IMG/VR virus record: IMGVR_UViG_3300042879_006196
Location: 1 to 64,000 of that record
Length of the DNA: 64,000 nucleotides
Reading direction: 5' to 3' (one strand)
Of this stretch, positions 8,361-18,082 are shown in pieces; the stretch's first letter is position 1, and the number at the start of each line of letters is the position of its first letter. The notes beneath the pieces were generated by a model, which was given only the letters and a program-made list of their open reading frames with translations, was not told the origin of the DNA and ran no database searches. Position numbers and translations under genes: made by a program.

Positions 8361-9869
8361 ATGAATAATTTTATTAAAACACCATTCGAAATTACGGACG
8401 CATACAAGCTTTCTCACTGGAGACAATATCCAGAAGGAACCACTGGTGTGTACTCCAACTTTACACCTAGAAAATCACGAAGACCAGGAATTGACAAGTT
8501 TGTTTTCTTTGGAATGCAAGCTTTTTTACAAGAACTTAATGAGCAATTTGACAAAAATTTCTTTTCATTAACAACAGAAGAAGCTGTTCAAAGATTTGAT
8601 GCTTTTTACATTGGATTCTTCGGATTATCAAATCCACACAGCAATGAACAAGTTGGTAAACTTCACCAACTAGGCTATTTGCCGATTAGGATAAAAGCTT
8701 TACCTGAAGGCTCTGTGGTTAATCATAACATTCCTGTGGCAACTATGCAATCTACACACGAAGATTTCTTTTGGTTTACACAATGGATCGAAACTTGGAT
8801 GTCAGATTCAATTTGGAAACCATCCACTTCGGCAACCACTTCTTTTTATTATCGAAAAATATTCAATTTTTACAATAAACTTACATCCGATAATGATTGG
8901 TTTGTAGATTGGCAAGGACATGATTTTTCTATGAGAGGCATGTCAAATGTGCTTGACGCATGTGCTTCTGGAGCAGGACATTTGCTCAGCTTCAAAGGTA
9001 CAGACACTTGCCCTTCACTTTCATGGATTAATGAATATTATCCTGGTGAAAATGGTTTGCTTGGAAGTTCTGTCCCAGCTACAGAACACTCTGTACAAAC
9101 TGCATTTTTGCCTGAAGTAAGTAACGATACAGATGTTTGTGACGAACAGTACACGGCTCATACTCTTGAGCTTTATCCAGAAGGGATTGTATCTCAAGTA
9201 AGTGATGGATATGATTTTTGGCGATTCGTAACTGTCATTTTGCCTAAGTTCAAGGAACAAATCATGTCTAGAGATGGTAAATTTGTCATCAGACCTGATT
9301 CTTCTCCTAAAACTCCTGTTGAGGTTATCATCGGTGACTCAGAGGCTCCAGAAGGCACACCTGAAAACAAAGGATTAATTGAATGTCTGTATGAAATTTT
9401 TGGTGGTACTTTCAATTCAAAAGGCTATAAAGTATTGGATTCGCATATCGGTGCAATTTATGGTGATTCTATCACGCTGGAATACGCTGAAGCTATTCTT
9501 TCTGGTCTTGAAAAGAAAGGATATTCTTCTGACAATATTGTGCTCGGCATAGGGTCATTCACTTATCAATATGTTACAAGAGACACTCATGGCATAGCAA
9601 TTAAAGCCACTGCTGTTTCTTCTGGTCGCGGAGAAGATCAAAAGTGGAGAGCTACTTACAAAGACCCCAAAACAGACAACTCAGGTAAGAAATCAGCTAA
9701 AGGTTTCTTAAGAGTGGATATGTTTGATGGAGATTATGTTCTTTCACAAAATGTCACACAAGAAGAAGAAGGCGGCGCATTGGAACTTGTCTACGAAAAT
9801 AGCAAGATTCTCAGATCGGAATCCTTCGCAGAAGTTCGACAAACACTCTCTGGGTTTTTACCCAACTAA
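8361..9869 (+). CDS. nadV: Nicotinamide phosphoribosyltransferase-like protein (NadV/Namat)
   Basis: TDAYKLSH..QYP, HDF..RG, VPATEHSV, V.D.YD, VIRPDS, IYGDSIT, KDPKTD...KKSAKG. Confidence 0.95.
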   Translation: MNNFIKTPFEITDAYKLSHWRQYPEGTTGVYSNFTPRKSRRPGIDKFVFFGMQAFLQELNEQFDKNFFSLTTEEAVQRFDAFYIGFFGLSNPHSNEQVGKLHQLGYLPIRIKALPEGSVVNHNIPVATMQSTHEDFFWFTQWIETWMSDSIWKPSTSATTSFYYRKIFNFYNKLTSDNDWFVDWQGHDFSMRGMSNVLDACASGAGHLLSFKGTDTCPSLSWINEYYPGENGLLGSSVPATEHSVQTAFLPEVSNDTDVCDEQYTAHTLELYPEGIVSQVSDGYDFWRFVTVILPKFKEQIMSRDGKFVIRPDSSPKTPVEVIIGDSEAPEGTPENKGLIECLYEIFGGTFNSKGYKVLDSHIGAIYGDSITLEYAEAILSGLEKKGYSSDNIVLGIGSFTYQYVTRDTHGIAIKATAVSSGRGEDQKWRATYKDPKTDNSGKKSAKGFLRVDMFDGDYVLSQNVTQEEEGGALELVYENSKILRSESFAEVRQTLSGFLPN

Positions 9870-9913
9870 TTGACATCGGGCGAGAAATCGCCCGATTCTA
9901 CCAATACTATATT

Positions 9914-10732
9914 ATGAAAGCAAACGATCCAAACATACTATCACTGATGCAAATCAAAGACCAACATGGAACTATCATCCCTTGGGAATACAATCTCTTT
10001 CCAGATGGTCAAGTGCAATTTAAAATCAAAAAGAGTTATTTAGAAAATCAAGGACTGAGTTTAGAAGTAAAAGCATCCTTGTGTAATCCAACTATTTTAG
10101 ATTTATTTAATCAACTAAAATTCACTTTACCCTTTTGCTCGTTTAATATAAATTACTACTATGGAGCCAGATGTGATAAAAGTTCAACAGACGAATATAT
10201 TGTTTGCAATGTTGCACAACAACATGCCTCCACTGAGTATAGTACATCGTTTTTAGCACCACATTGTAACAAATTGCTTGAAAGTGATATGTACAAATAT
10301 TACATTCCAGATTGCATCAATTTAAATGATTATCATTTAATTGTCTGCCCTGATGAATCAGCTTTTGAAAGATACGAAGAATTCATTGAAAATCACAATT
10401 GTATGATCTGTGAGAAAGAAAGAGATCAAGATACAGGTAGAATTATTTCACACAAAATTCCAAATTTCTCGCCAAATTTCAGAAAAGTGTTAGTAATTGA
10501 TGATCTTTGTGATGGAGGTAATACCTTTATGTCTGTTGCAGATAGTATGCCTTCAGAAACAGAAAAACATCTATTCATTTTTCATGGTGTATTTAGTAAT
10601 AATGCTTTGGAAAAATTAACAGAAAAATTTGACAAGATATTCGTTTCTAATTCTTTACCAAATTACAAAGAACAAATGGCTAGAATTCCAAATTTTGAAG
10701 ATAAAGTGGTGGTTTTCGATGTCTGGAATTGA
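9914..10732 (+). CDS. Ribose-phosphate pyrophosphokinase-like protein (Adps-like)
   Basis: FPDGQV, AR.DK, PH, PD..A..R, VIDDLCDGGNTF PRPP-binding motif, HG.F. Confidence 0.88.
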   Translation: MKANDPNILSLMQIKDQHGTIIPWEYNLFPDGQVQFKIKKSYLENQGLSLEVKASLCNPTILDLFNQLKFTLPFCSFNINYYYGARCDKSSTDEYIVCNVAQQHASTEYSTSFLAPHCNKLLESDMYKYYIPDCINLNDYHLIVCPDESAFERYEEFIENHNCMICEKERDQDTGRIISHKIPNFSPNFRKVLVIDDLCDGGNTFMSVADSMPSETEKHLFIFHGVFSNNALEKLTEKFDKIFVSNSLPNYKEQMARIPNFEDKVVVFDVWN

Positions 10733-11102
10733 TTTTTCTCTCTCTGCAAGACAAATTGCAGAGATGATACACTCTGTTACGTGCCAAATCCCAAGAATGG
10801 ATGGGTCTGTTGTATTAAAATGGGAAAAGTTGTCTGAGGATGAAAAAGTATTAGCAGAAAAAGCTGTGATTGATTTGTATTCCAATCCACCTAGAACTGC
10901 TGAAGAAAATCACGAACTTTGGATGGATTTTAAATTGAAAGATGGTTGGACTTTAGGTGATTTTGATTACAATAACAAAAAACATCCATGTCTTATTCAT
11001 TTCAAAGATTTGCCTCCCTCAGAAGTGTGTAAAGATATTGTTTGGGAACATTTAATCAATGCCTTTCGCTCATTTTATTCTGAGAATTCTAACTCAAATT
11101 GA
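10719..11102 (+). CDS. RyR-domain protein
   Basis: E.NHE.WM..KL.DGW..G......KKHPCL..F.DLP.SE..KD signature. Confidence 0.8.
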   Translation: MSGIDFSLSARQIAEMIHSVTCQIPRMDGSVVLKWEKLSEDEKVLAEKAVIDLYSNPPRTAEENHELWMDFKLKDGWTLGDFDYNNKKHPCLIHFKDLPPSEVCKDIVWEHLINAFRSFYSENSNSN

Positions 11103-11126
11103 ATTACCTCTAACGTATATAAATTA

Positions 11127-11993
11127 ATGAGAGATTATTCAGAAAAACATTGTTGGCAGTATGACATCAGATTGAAAAATTTTGATCTTGATTTGAAAGA
11201 GGCTAATTTTACTGAAAACTATACACACAATCTCACTGTAAATGATTTCGAATACAAACATGTTGTAGATACAAAAGAAAAACAAGAACTTAAAAAATTT
11301 ATCGAACGACATGAATGGCTTGGTAATTTGTCACAAATGACAACACATTGGTTTGGTGCCTATCACAATGGAAAACTAGCTGGTGGCATTTTGTTCAATA
11401 TGCCAAATGCTTTTAGTAAGATTCTTGGAGAAAACACACCTGATTTAGAAAGACTTATCAGCAGAGGGGCATGCATTTCATGGTCGCCAAAATGTTTGGC
11501 ATCGTCTTTTATGATGTGGTGTATTAATTGGATGGTAAAAAACACTCAATATAGATTGTTCACAGCTTATTCTGATCCTGAAGCAAAAGAACTAGGAACA
11601 ATTTATCAAGCGTGTAATTTTTACTATCTTGGAAAAAATTCAGGAACTTTGACCAGATACATTAACCCCTACTCTGGTAAGATTGTGTCAGATAGATATT
11701 TTAGAACTACTTCAGCATATAAAAAATATGCCAAAGAGCTAGGCATTCAATGGCAGAAGTCGTGGAATAAACCAAATGGCAGAATAAATATATCTGCCGT
11801 CCCGAAAGAAATCATGGATCAATTAAGAAAAAAATCTAAAGAAAAAATATCTGAAACTCAACCAATCATTTCAACGTATAAACATAAATACGTGTATGTT
11901 TTAGGTGAAAATAAAAAAGAAACCAAAAAACTCAGAAAAGAATTTGAACTTAGAAATAAAACTTATCCTTATCCTAAAGAGAGAGGGCAGTAA
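11127..11993 (+). CDS. Mom-like GNAT (putative DNA adenine modification)
   Basis: FIE.HEWLG, LI.R, AYSDP...ELGTIYQACNFYYLG motif typical of Mom-family proteins. Confidence 0.7.
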   Translation: MRDYSEKHCWQYDIRLKNFDLDLKEANFTENYTHNLTVNDFEYKHVVDTKEKQELKKFIERHEWLGNLSQMTTHWFGAYHNGKLAGGILFNMPNAFSKILGENTPDLERLISRGACISWSPKCLASSFMMWCINWMVKNTQYRLFTAYSDPEAKELGTIYQACNFYYLGKNSGTLTRYINPYSGKIVSDRYFRTTSAYKKYAKELGIQWQKSWNKPNGRINISAVPKEIMDQLRKKSKEKISETQPIISTYKHKYVYVLGENKKETKKLRKEFELRNKTYPYPKERGQ

Positions 11994-12028
11994 TTTTCCA
12001 GGTTTAACAAAAACGGAATATAATCAAT

Positions 12029-13171
12029 ATGAACAATAATTCAAACAATCAACGAAGTGCTCCATCTGCTAAAATTATTAGACTTGGTGAAGGAGCATTT
12101 ATCACTGTCGTTATGGATGGTGAATCTTTGACTTTAAGAGCATCTGACTCTCAAGAATCATTTGACAAAGCATTAGAGGCTTGCAAAGCTGAAGACTGGG
12201 ACTTGCTTTATACTTGCATGAGACCTGTGAAAAAATATGTCTCTGAAATCAAAGGTGTCGAAATTAATGAAAATGGTGTGTTTTACAATGGTGAAATTAT
12301 TAACAACACTTTGTCAAAGAGAATTTTGGACTTTGCATTGTCTGGTCTTGATTCAAAACCATTGTGTAAGTTTTTAGAAAAACTCATGAATAATCCTTCT
12401 AGAAGAGCAGTGAATGAGCTTTACACATTCTTGGAACATCAAAACCTACCAATCACTGATAATGGTAATTTTCTTGCCTATAAGGGTTTGCTTTCAAATT
12501 ATTACTCAATCACCTCTGGTAGTGCACAACTTATCCAAGGAACAGTTAAAAGTGGCAGTATTTACAATGGTATTGGTGAAGTCATTGAAATGAAGCGTAA
12601 TGATGTTGATGATGATAAAGACAGAGGTTGCTCTTATGGGCTACATGCTGGAACTATGGAATATGCAAGTGGTTTTGCACAAGGAAAATGCGTGATTGTT
12701 GAAATTAATCCTGCTGATGTTGTAAGCATTCCTGTAGATTGTAATTTCCAAAAGCTGAGAACATGTAAATATAAGGTGGTTGGAGAATACGAAGCACCTC
12801 TTGTTGAACCACTCTATGCATCAAATTGGATTGAAGATGATATTGGATGTGATTGCACAGATTGTGATTGTGTAGAAACTACTGAGACTACAGAAGCCTC
12901 TGAGATTACCTTAGACACATCTAGCAATCCAATTGAAGTTTTTGCATTCGATACACCTAATTCAAGCTGGATTGATTTTGTTGAATGGGGAGTGAATGAA
13001 GAACTAGATCGTGTATTATCGGTGGTGCTTGGAACTGGTGAATCAATGGATTTCATTCATGTCCCACTGTGGCAATTCAGTCAATTCCAGAAATCTGTTG
13101 AATCAGGACAATCTGCTGGTAAGTTTTTCCACCAATTTATCAAATCAGTGTATGAGCAAATTCAGTATTGA
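12029..13171 (+). CDS. rIIB: rIIB-like protein with C-terminal KTSC-like domain
   Basis: NPS..AV.ELY.FL....LPIT..G.FLAYK, EM.R..V..D....CS.GLH, V.INPADVVSIP.D....K.R.C.Y.V; tail SS.I....VP....F....SAGKFF...IK. Confidence 0.88.
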   Translation: MNNNSNNQRSAPSAKIIRLGEGAFITVVMDGESLTLRASDSQESFDKALEACKAEDWDLLYTCMRPVKKYVSEIKGVEINENGVFYNGEIINNTLSKRILDFALSGLDSKPLCKFLEKLMNNPSRRAVNELYTFLEHQNLPITDNGNFLAYKGLLSNYYSITSGSAQLIQGTVKSGSIYNGIGEVIEMKRNDVDDDKDRGCSYGLHAGTMEYASGFAQGKCVIVEINPADVVSIPVDCNFQKLRTCKYKVVGEYEAPLVEPLYASNWIEDDIGCDCTDCDCVETTETTEASEITLDTSSNPIEVFAFDTPNSSWIDFVEWGVNEELDRVLSVVLGTGESMDFIHVPLWQFSQFQKSVESGQSAGKFFHQFIKSVYEQIQY

Positions 13172-13235
13172 AAATGAAATCGGGCAAAATCTGCCCGATT
13201 TTTTCCAGCTTTAACATAACCTGATTATTATAGAT

Positions 13236-13628
13236 ATGAAAGAATTCGGAAGTTTAGTAAATTACATCAAAACTGTGGCTACCAAAGGTATGCCAGCACC
13301 CCAAGTGGGAATGGGCGCAACCCTTCTTTGCTACACAGATAGACACGCTTGCACTGTCACAAAAGTATTCGAATTGAATAAAAAACTTTATGTTGAGATA
13401 CAGCAAGATTTTGCCTTTCGTATAGATGGAAATGGCATGAGTGAATGTCAAAAATATGATTTCAAACCTAATCCAAATGGATGCACTTACACTTATAGAT
13501 GGTGTGAAAAAAAGCAAAGATGGCTTAAAGTGTTCTTCAACGAAGAAACTAACAGATACAATTTAATTCAAAATGCATTTGGTTTATCTATTGGTAAAAG
13601 AGATGAATATTATGATTTTTGTTTTTAA
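13236..13628 (+). CDS. Phage hypothetical protein
   Basis: ORF starts directly at the repeated promoter. Confidence 0.75.
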   Translation: MKEFGSLVNYIKTVATKGMPAPQVGMGATLLCYTDRHACTVTKVFELNKKLYVEIQQDFAFRIDGNGMSECQKYDFKPNPNGCTYTYRWCEKKQRWLKVFFNEETNRYNLIQNAFGLSIGKRDEYYDFCF

Positions 13629-13665
13629 TTTAGCGTATAATAGATTGTAATTGAAAATTAAATAT

Positions 13666-13963
13666 CGGGGTGTGGTGAAATCGGTAGACACAACAGACTT
13701 GAAGTAAATTTGAGTGCTTGCATGACCCTTTTAGTGCGAGTAGAACCAGTCAAACTCGGTGAAGGCTTTGAAATGCTAATACCGAGCCAAGCCTAGAAAT
13801 AGGAAGGTGTAGAGACTAGACGGCTGGGCGATAAAGGAAATAAAAAAATCGCAAGGTATAGTCCAGAGTACAAACAAGAAAAATCTTGGTGGTGAAAACC
13901 ATAGTGCTACGAAAATCTGTCGGTAGCAATACTGTGAGGGTTCAAGTCCCTCTGCCCCGACCA
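13666..13963 (+). tRNA. trnL: tRNA-Leu(UAA) interrupted by a group I intron (exons 13666-13700 and 13912-13963)
   Basis: Joined exons give the stem-loop ACAGA-CT-TAA-AA-TCTGT, a long variable arm, GGTTCAAGTCC T-arm and CCA end. Confidence 0.92.
13701..13911 (+). ncRNA. Group I intron (211 nt) in the tRNA-Leu anticodon
   Basis: Inserted after U34 and ends in G; P/Q/R/S-like elements AAACTCGGTGAA, AATACCGAGCC, GTGTAGAGACTAGACGG, AAGGTATAGTCC. Confidence 0.9.
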
Positions 13964-13967
13964 ATCA

Positions 13968-14042
13968 GGGCTTATAGCTTAATGGTAAAGCGCTCGGCTC
14001 ATAACCGAAGGAGTGTAGGTTCAATCCCTACTGAGCCCACCA
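13968..14042 (+). tRNA. tRNA with CAU anticodon (Ile2 or elongator Met)
   Basis: GGGCTTA/TGAGCCC acceptor stem, CTCATAA loop, GGTTCAATCC, CCA. Confidence 0.9.
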
Positions 14043-14111
14043 ATCACACAATCTTAATTCAATAATTTGCCCGATTTTTTCCAGATTTAACACAATCTGA
14101 TTATAATAAAA

Positions 14112-14477
14112 ATGACATTTTTTGAAAACTTAATGATAGCACATTTTATTGGAGATTGGATTCTCCAACCTTCATCAATGGGAATACAAAAATCTTCCAA
14201 TTGGAAAATTAGATTTTTGCATTGCTTAATTTACACCGCTTGTTTTTTCTGGCTTAACTGGATTGCCTGTTTGTGGATTTTTATAACCCATTTTATCATT
14301 GACTCGTATATGCCTCTATTTTGGTTTAGAAAATTAAGAGGTGATTTTAAAACCATTGAAGAATTTAAAACTTCTTTTAACACACCTGCTGGCTTTTTTA
14401 TAAATGTTGTACTTGATCAAATTTTTCACATTATCACATTTTTGCCTGTAATTTTGTCCGTAAATTACAATAAATAA
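14112..14477 (+). CDS. DUF3307-like membrane protein
   Basis: AHFIGDW.LQ, LHC.IY, THFIID, DQ.FH motifs. Confidence 0.8.
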   Translation: MTFFENLMIAHFIGDWILQPSSMGIQKSSNWKIRFLHCLIYTACFFWLNWIACLWIFITHFIIDSYMPLFWFRKLRGDFKTIEEFKTSFNTPAGFFINVVLDQIFHIITFLPVILSVNYNK

Positions 14478-14478
14478 A

Positions 14479-17400
14479 ATGATTAATACAGATTGTGTGA
14501 AAATATATGAGGAAGAATATCAGGTGAGCAAGCAGGTGAGCCATCAGCAGGTGATGGATCGGGTGATGACTCTAGTGTGGTATCAGATTCGCCACGAGGT
14601 AGAGGATCAGGTATTAAGTGAGGTGTGGCTTAAGGTGTGGTATGATTAATACAGATTGTGTGGAAGTAAAAAAACAGGCACATAATCAGCTAAGGAATCA
14701 GGTGTTGAATCACGTGCGGTATCAGGTGTTGAATCACGTGCGGTATCAGGTGCTGAATCAGGTGTGGTATCTGGGGAGGGATCAGGTGTGGGTTAAGGTG
14801 TTTAGATGATTAATACAGATTGTGTGGAGATAAAAGATTGGGGTCATATAGAGGATCACGTGGAATATCAAACTTCGATTCAGGTATCAAATGAGGTGTG
14901 GAAGCAGGTGTATCTTCATCTGAGGAATCGAATGAAGAAAGAGATGTATTTCTACTTAAGGTGGGAGGTGTGGTTTAAGGTGTGGTTTGATTAATACAGA
15001 TTGTGTGGAGATAAAAGATTGGGGTCATATATTGGATCATGTGGAATATCAAATTTCGACTCAGGTGTCAAGTGAGGTGTGGAAGCAGGTGTATTCGCAG
15101 GTGAGAAATCAAACGATGGATGAAATGTATTTCTACGAGAGAAAACAGGTGTGGCTTAAGGTGTGGTTTGATTAATACAGATTGTGTGGAGATGTATGAG
15201 ATTAAAGATCAGGTGTGGGATAAGGTGGAGTATGAGGTTTCGATTCAAGTGAGGGATCAGGTGTGGGGTTATTTGTATTCCCTCATAAGGTACGAGGTGA
15301 GGCTTAAGGTGTGGTTTGATTAATACAGATTGTGTGGAGATAAAAGCGATTAGATATCAGGAGAGAAAACAGGTATGTGATCAGGTGAGAAATCAGGTGG
15401 GGAATGAGGTGAGGAATGAGGTGTGGCATCAGGTAGAGTATCAGGTGTGGGCAAAGGTGTGGTGGTCAGGTGAGGGGAATCACTTGAGTGATCGGATTTT
15501 CAAATGATTAATACAGATTGTTTAAAGGTGAAGGTTGAAGATCAGGTGCAGAATCAGGTGTATAATCTCCTAAGGATTCATGTGAAGCTCCAGTTGGACT
15601 ATCAGGTGTGGGATCGTTTGTTTTGGGAAATGCGGTGGAAGGTGTTCAAATGATTAATACAGATTGTGTGGAGATATTTGAGATTGAAAGTAAGGCGTAT
15701 GATCAGGTTATGGAACTGGTCTATTATCAGGTTTGGGAACAGGGGTGGTCGAGGGTAAGAGTGTATATGTGTCGTGAGGTGTTCAGATGATTAATACAGA
15801 TTGTGTGGAGATATTTAACATTAAAGATCGAGTGGGGGAGCAGGTGATATTTGAGGTGAGGATTAAGGTGGTGGATAAGGTGTTGTGGAAGGTGTATGAT
15901 TGGGCGAGGGATCAGGTAAAGGGTAAGGTAAGAGTGAAGGTGTTCAGATGATTAATACAGATTGTGTGGAAGTGAAGAATCAGGTGAAGAATCAAATGAG
16001 GAATCATGTACAGTATCATGTGCAGACTCAGGTGTATGAAAAGGTAGATTATCAGGTGTGGGATAAGGTGTGGTATCTAATGAGGAATAAGGTGATAAAT
16101 GATTGATATAGATTGTGTGGAGATATTTGAGATTAGAGATCGGGTGAAAAATCAGGTGGTGGATAAGGTGTTGTGGAAGGTGTGGTATCTGGCGAGGAAT
16201 CAGGTGAGGGGTCAGGTGTATCTAAAGGTGTGGGATAAGGTGTGTGATCAAGTTGTGTGTCAGGTGTGGCTTAAGGTGCTCAAATGATTAATACAGATTG
16301 TATGGTAGTGAAGAATCAGGTGAAGAATCAGGTGTTGGATCAGGTGAGTTATCAGGTGTGGGATCAGGTGCTGTATCAGATGTGGCATCAGGTGTATCAT
16401 CACGTGAGGGATCAGGTGTGGTATCAAGTGGAGGATCAGGTGTATGATAAGGTGTGGCATCCTGTGAAATATCGGGTAAAGGGTCAGGTGTTCGATGATT
16501 AATACAGATTGTTTGAAGGTGAAACATCAATTTAAGAAAGTGGAATCTCAGGTGTGGGATCAGGTGATAGATGATTAATACAGATTGTGTTGGAGTAAAT
16601 CATAAAGTATTTTTTGAGAATGTGTCCTTTGAATTGTGGCATCAGACGAGGAATAATCTAAGGTGGCAGGTGAGGAACCAGGTGTGGTTTAAGGTGTATC
16701 TTCAGGTATGGCATAAGGTGTTCAGATGATTAATACAGATTGTGTGGAGATATTTGAGAATCGAAATCAGGTGATAACTCAGTTGAGTGATCAGGTGAGT
16801 TCGAATCTGGTGCATAGTCAGGTGTGGTTTAAGGTGTTCAGATGATTAATACAGATTGTGTGGAGATATTTGAGAATCTAAATCGGGTAGAGGGTAAGGT
16901 GAGGCATCAGGCAAGAGATCAGGTGAGTAATCATGTGTGGTATAAGTTGCGGGATAAGGTGTGGTGGGAGATGTGGTGCTACGTAAGAGTGAAGGCGTGG
17001 AGGAAAATGTTCGAATGATTAATACAGATTGTGTGGAGATGTATGATAATATTGAGTTATGGTGGAAGGTGACAGATAAAGTGTATGCTGTGGCGAGGAG
17101 TCAGGTGCAGAATCAGGTATTGTTTCATACAAAGACTCATCCTAAGGTGAAACTGAAGGTGAAAGATCAGGTATATTATGAGGTGCTCAGATGATTAATA
17201 CAGATTGTGTGGAGATATTTGAGATTGAAGATCAGGGTTGGGATCAGGTGAGTGATCAGGTGAGTGATCAGGTGGAGTATCAGGTGTGGGAGCAGGTGTG
17301 GTGGAAGGTGTGGGATCAGGTGTGGTATCAGGTGTGGTATCAGGTGTGGTATCTGGCGTGGGATAAGGCGTGGGATGAGGTGATAAATGATTAATACAGA

Positions 17401-18082
17401 TTGTGTGGAGATGTATGAGATTGAAAATCAGGTGTGGGATCAGGTGAGTGATCAGGTGGAGCATCAAGTGTGGTATCAAGTGGAGCATCCTTTGTATGCT
17501 CAGGCGAGGGATCAAGTGATGAACCAGGTGTGGCTCAAGGTGTTCAGATGATTAATACAGATTGTGTTGAGATATTTGAGATTGAAGATCAGGCGTTGGA
17601 TCAGGTGAGTGATCAGGTGGAGTGGGAGGTGTGGCATCATGTGGAATATAAGGTGTGGTATAATGTGAGTAATCAGGTGAAAAACCCAGTGTGGTTTAAG
17701 GTGTTCGTATGATTAATACAGATTGTGTGGATGTGAAGGTTGAGGATCAGATTTGGCGTCAGGTGAGTTATCAGGTGGAGTGGGATACGCGGCATCATGT
17801 GGAGGTGTGGTATAATGTGAGTAAGCAGGTGAAAAACCCAGTGTGGTTTAAGGTGTTCGTATGATTAATACAGATTGTGTGGGTGTGAAGGTTGAGGATC
17901 AGATTTGGTGTCAAGTGGAAAATCAGGTGGAGTGTCAGTTGTCGTACTGGGTATGTGATGAGGTGAGATTTGATGCGGTTGATACAGTTTGGCATGAAGT
18001 GGGGTATAAGTTGTATGATCACATGGTTTTTCCAGGTTTAACATTACCCGATTATACTGGATATGATTCAAAAAAAAGATGA
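14479..18082 (+). repeat. MINTDCV micro-ORF array, block 1 (22 units by manual count)
   Basis: Repeat (A/T)TGATTAATACAGATTGTGTG at 14479, 14642, 14806, 14987, 15168, 15316, 15504, 15650, 15787, 15948, 16099, 16284, 16495, 16571, 16726, 16842, 17015, 17191, 17387, 17548, 17709, 17861; each opens a QVW-rich ORF that ends in the next repeat, except the last (17861), which runs on into the rIIA promoter. Confidence 0.95.

Noticed and set aside
13776-13964. 62-aa minus-strand ORF; likewise 48885..49187 (-) and 56840..57049 (-)
   Set aside because: These are antisense to tRNA genes and the group I intron.
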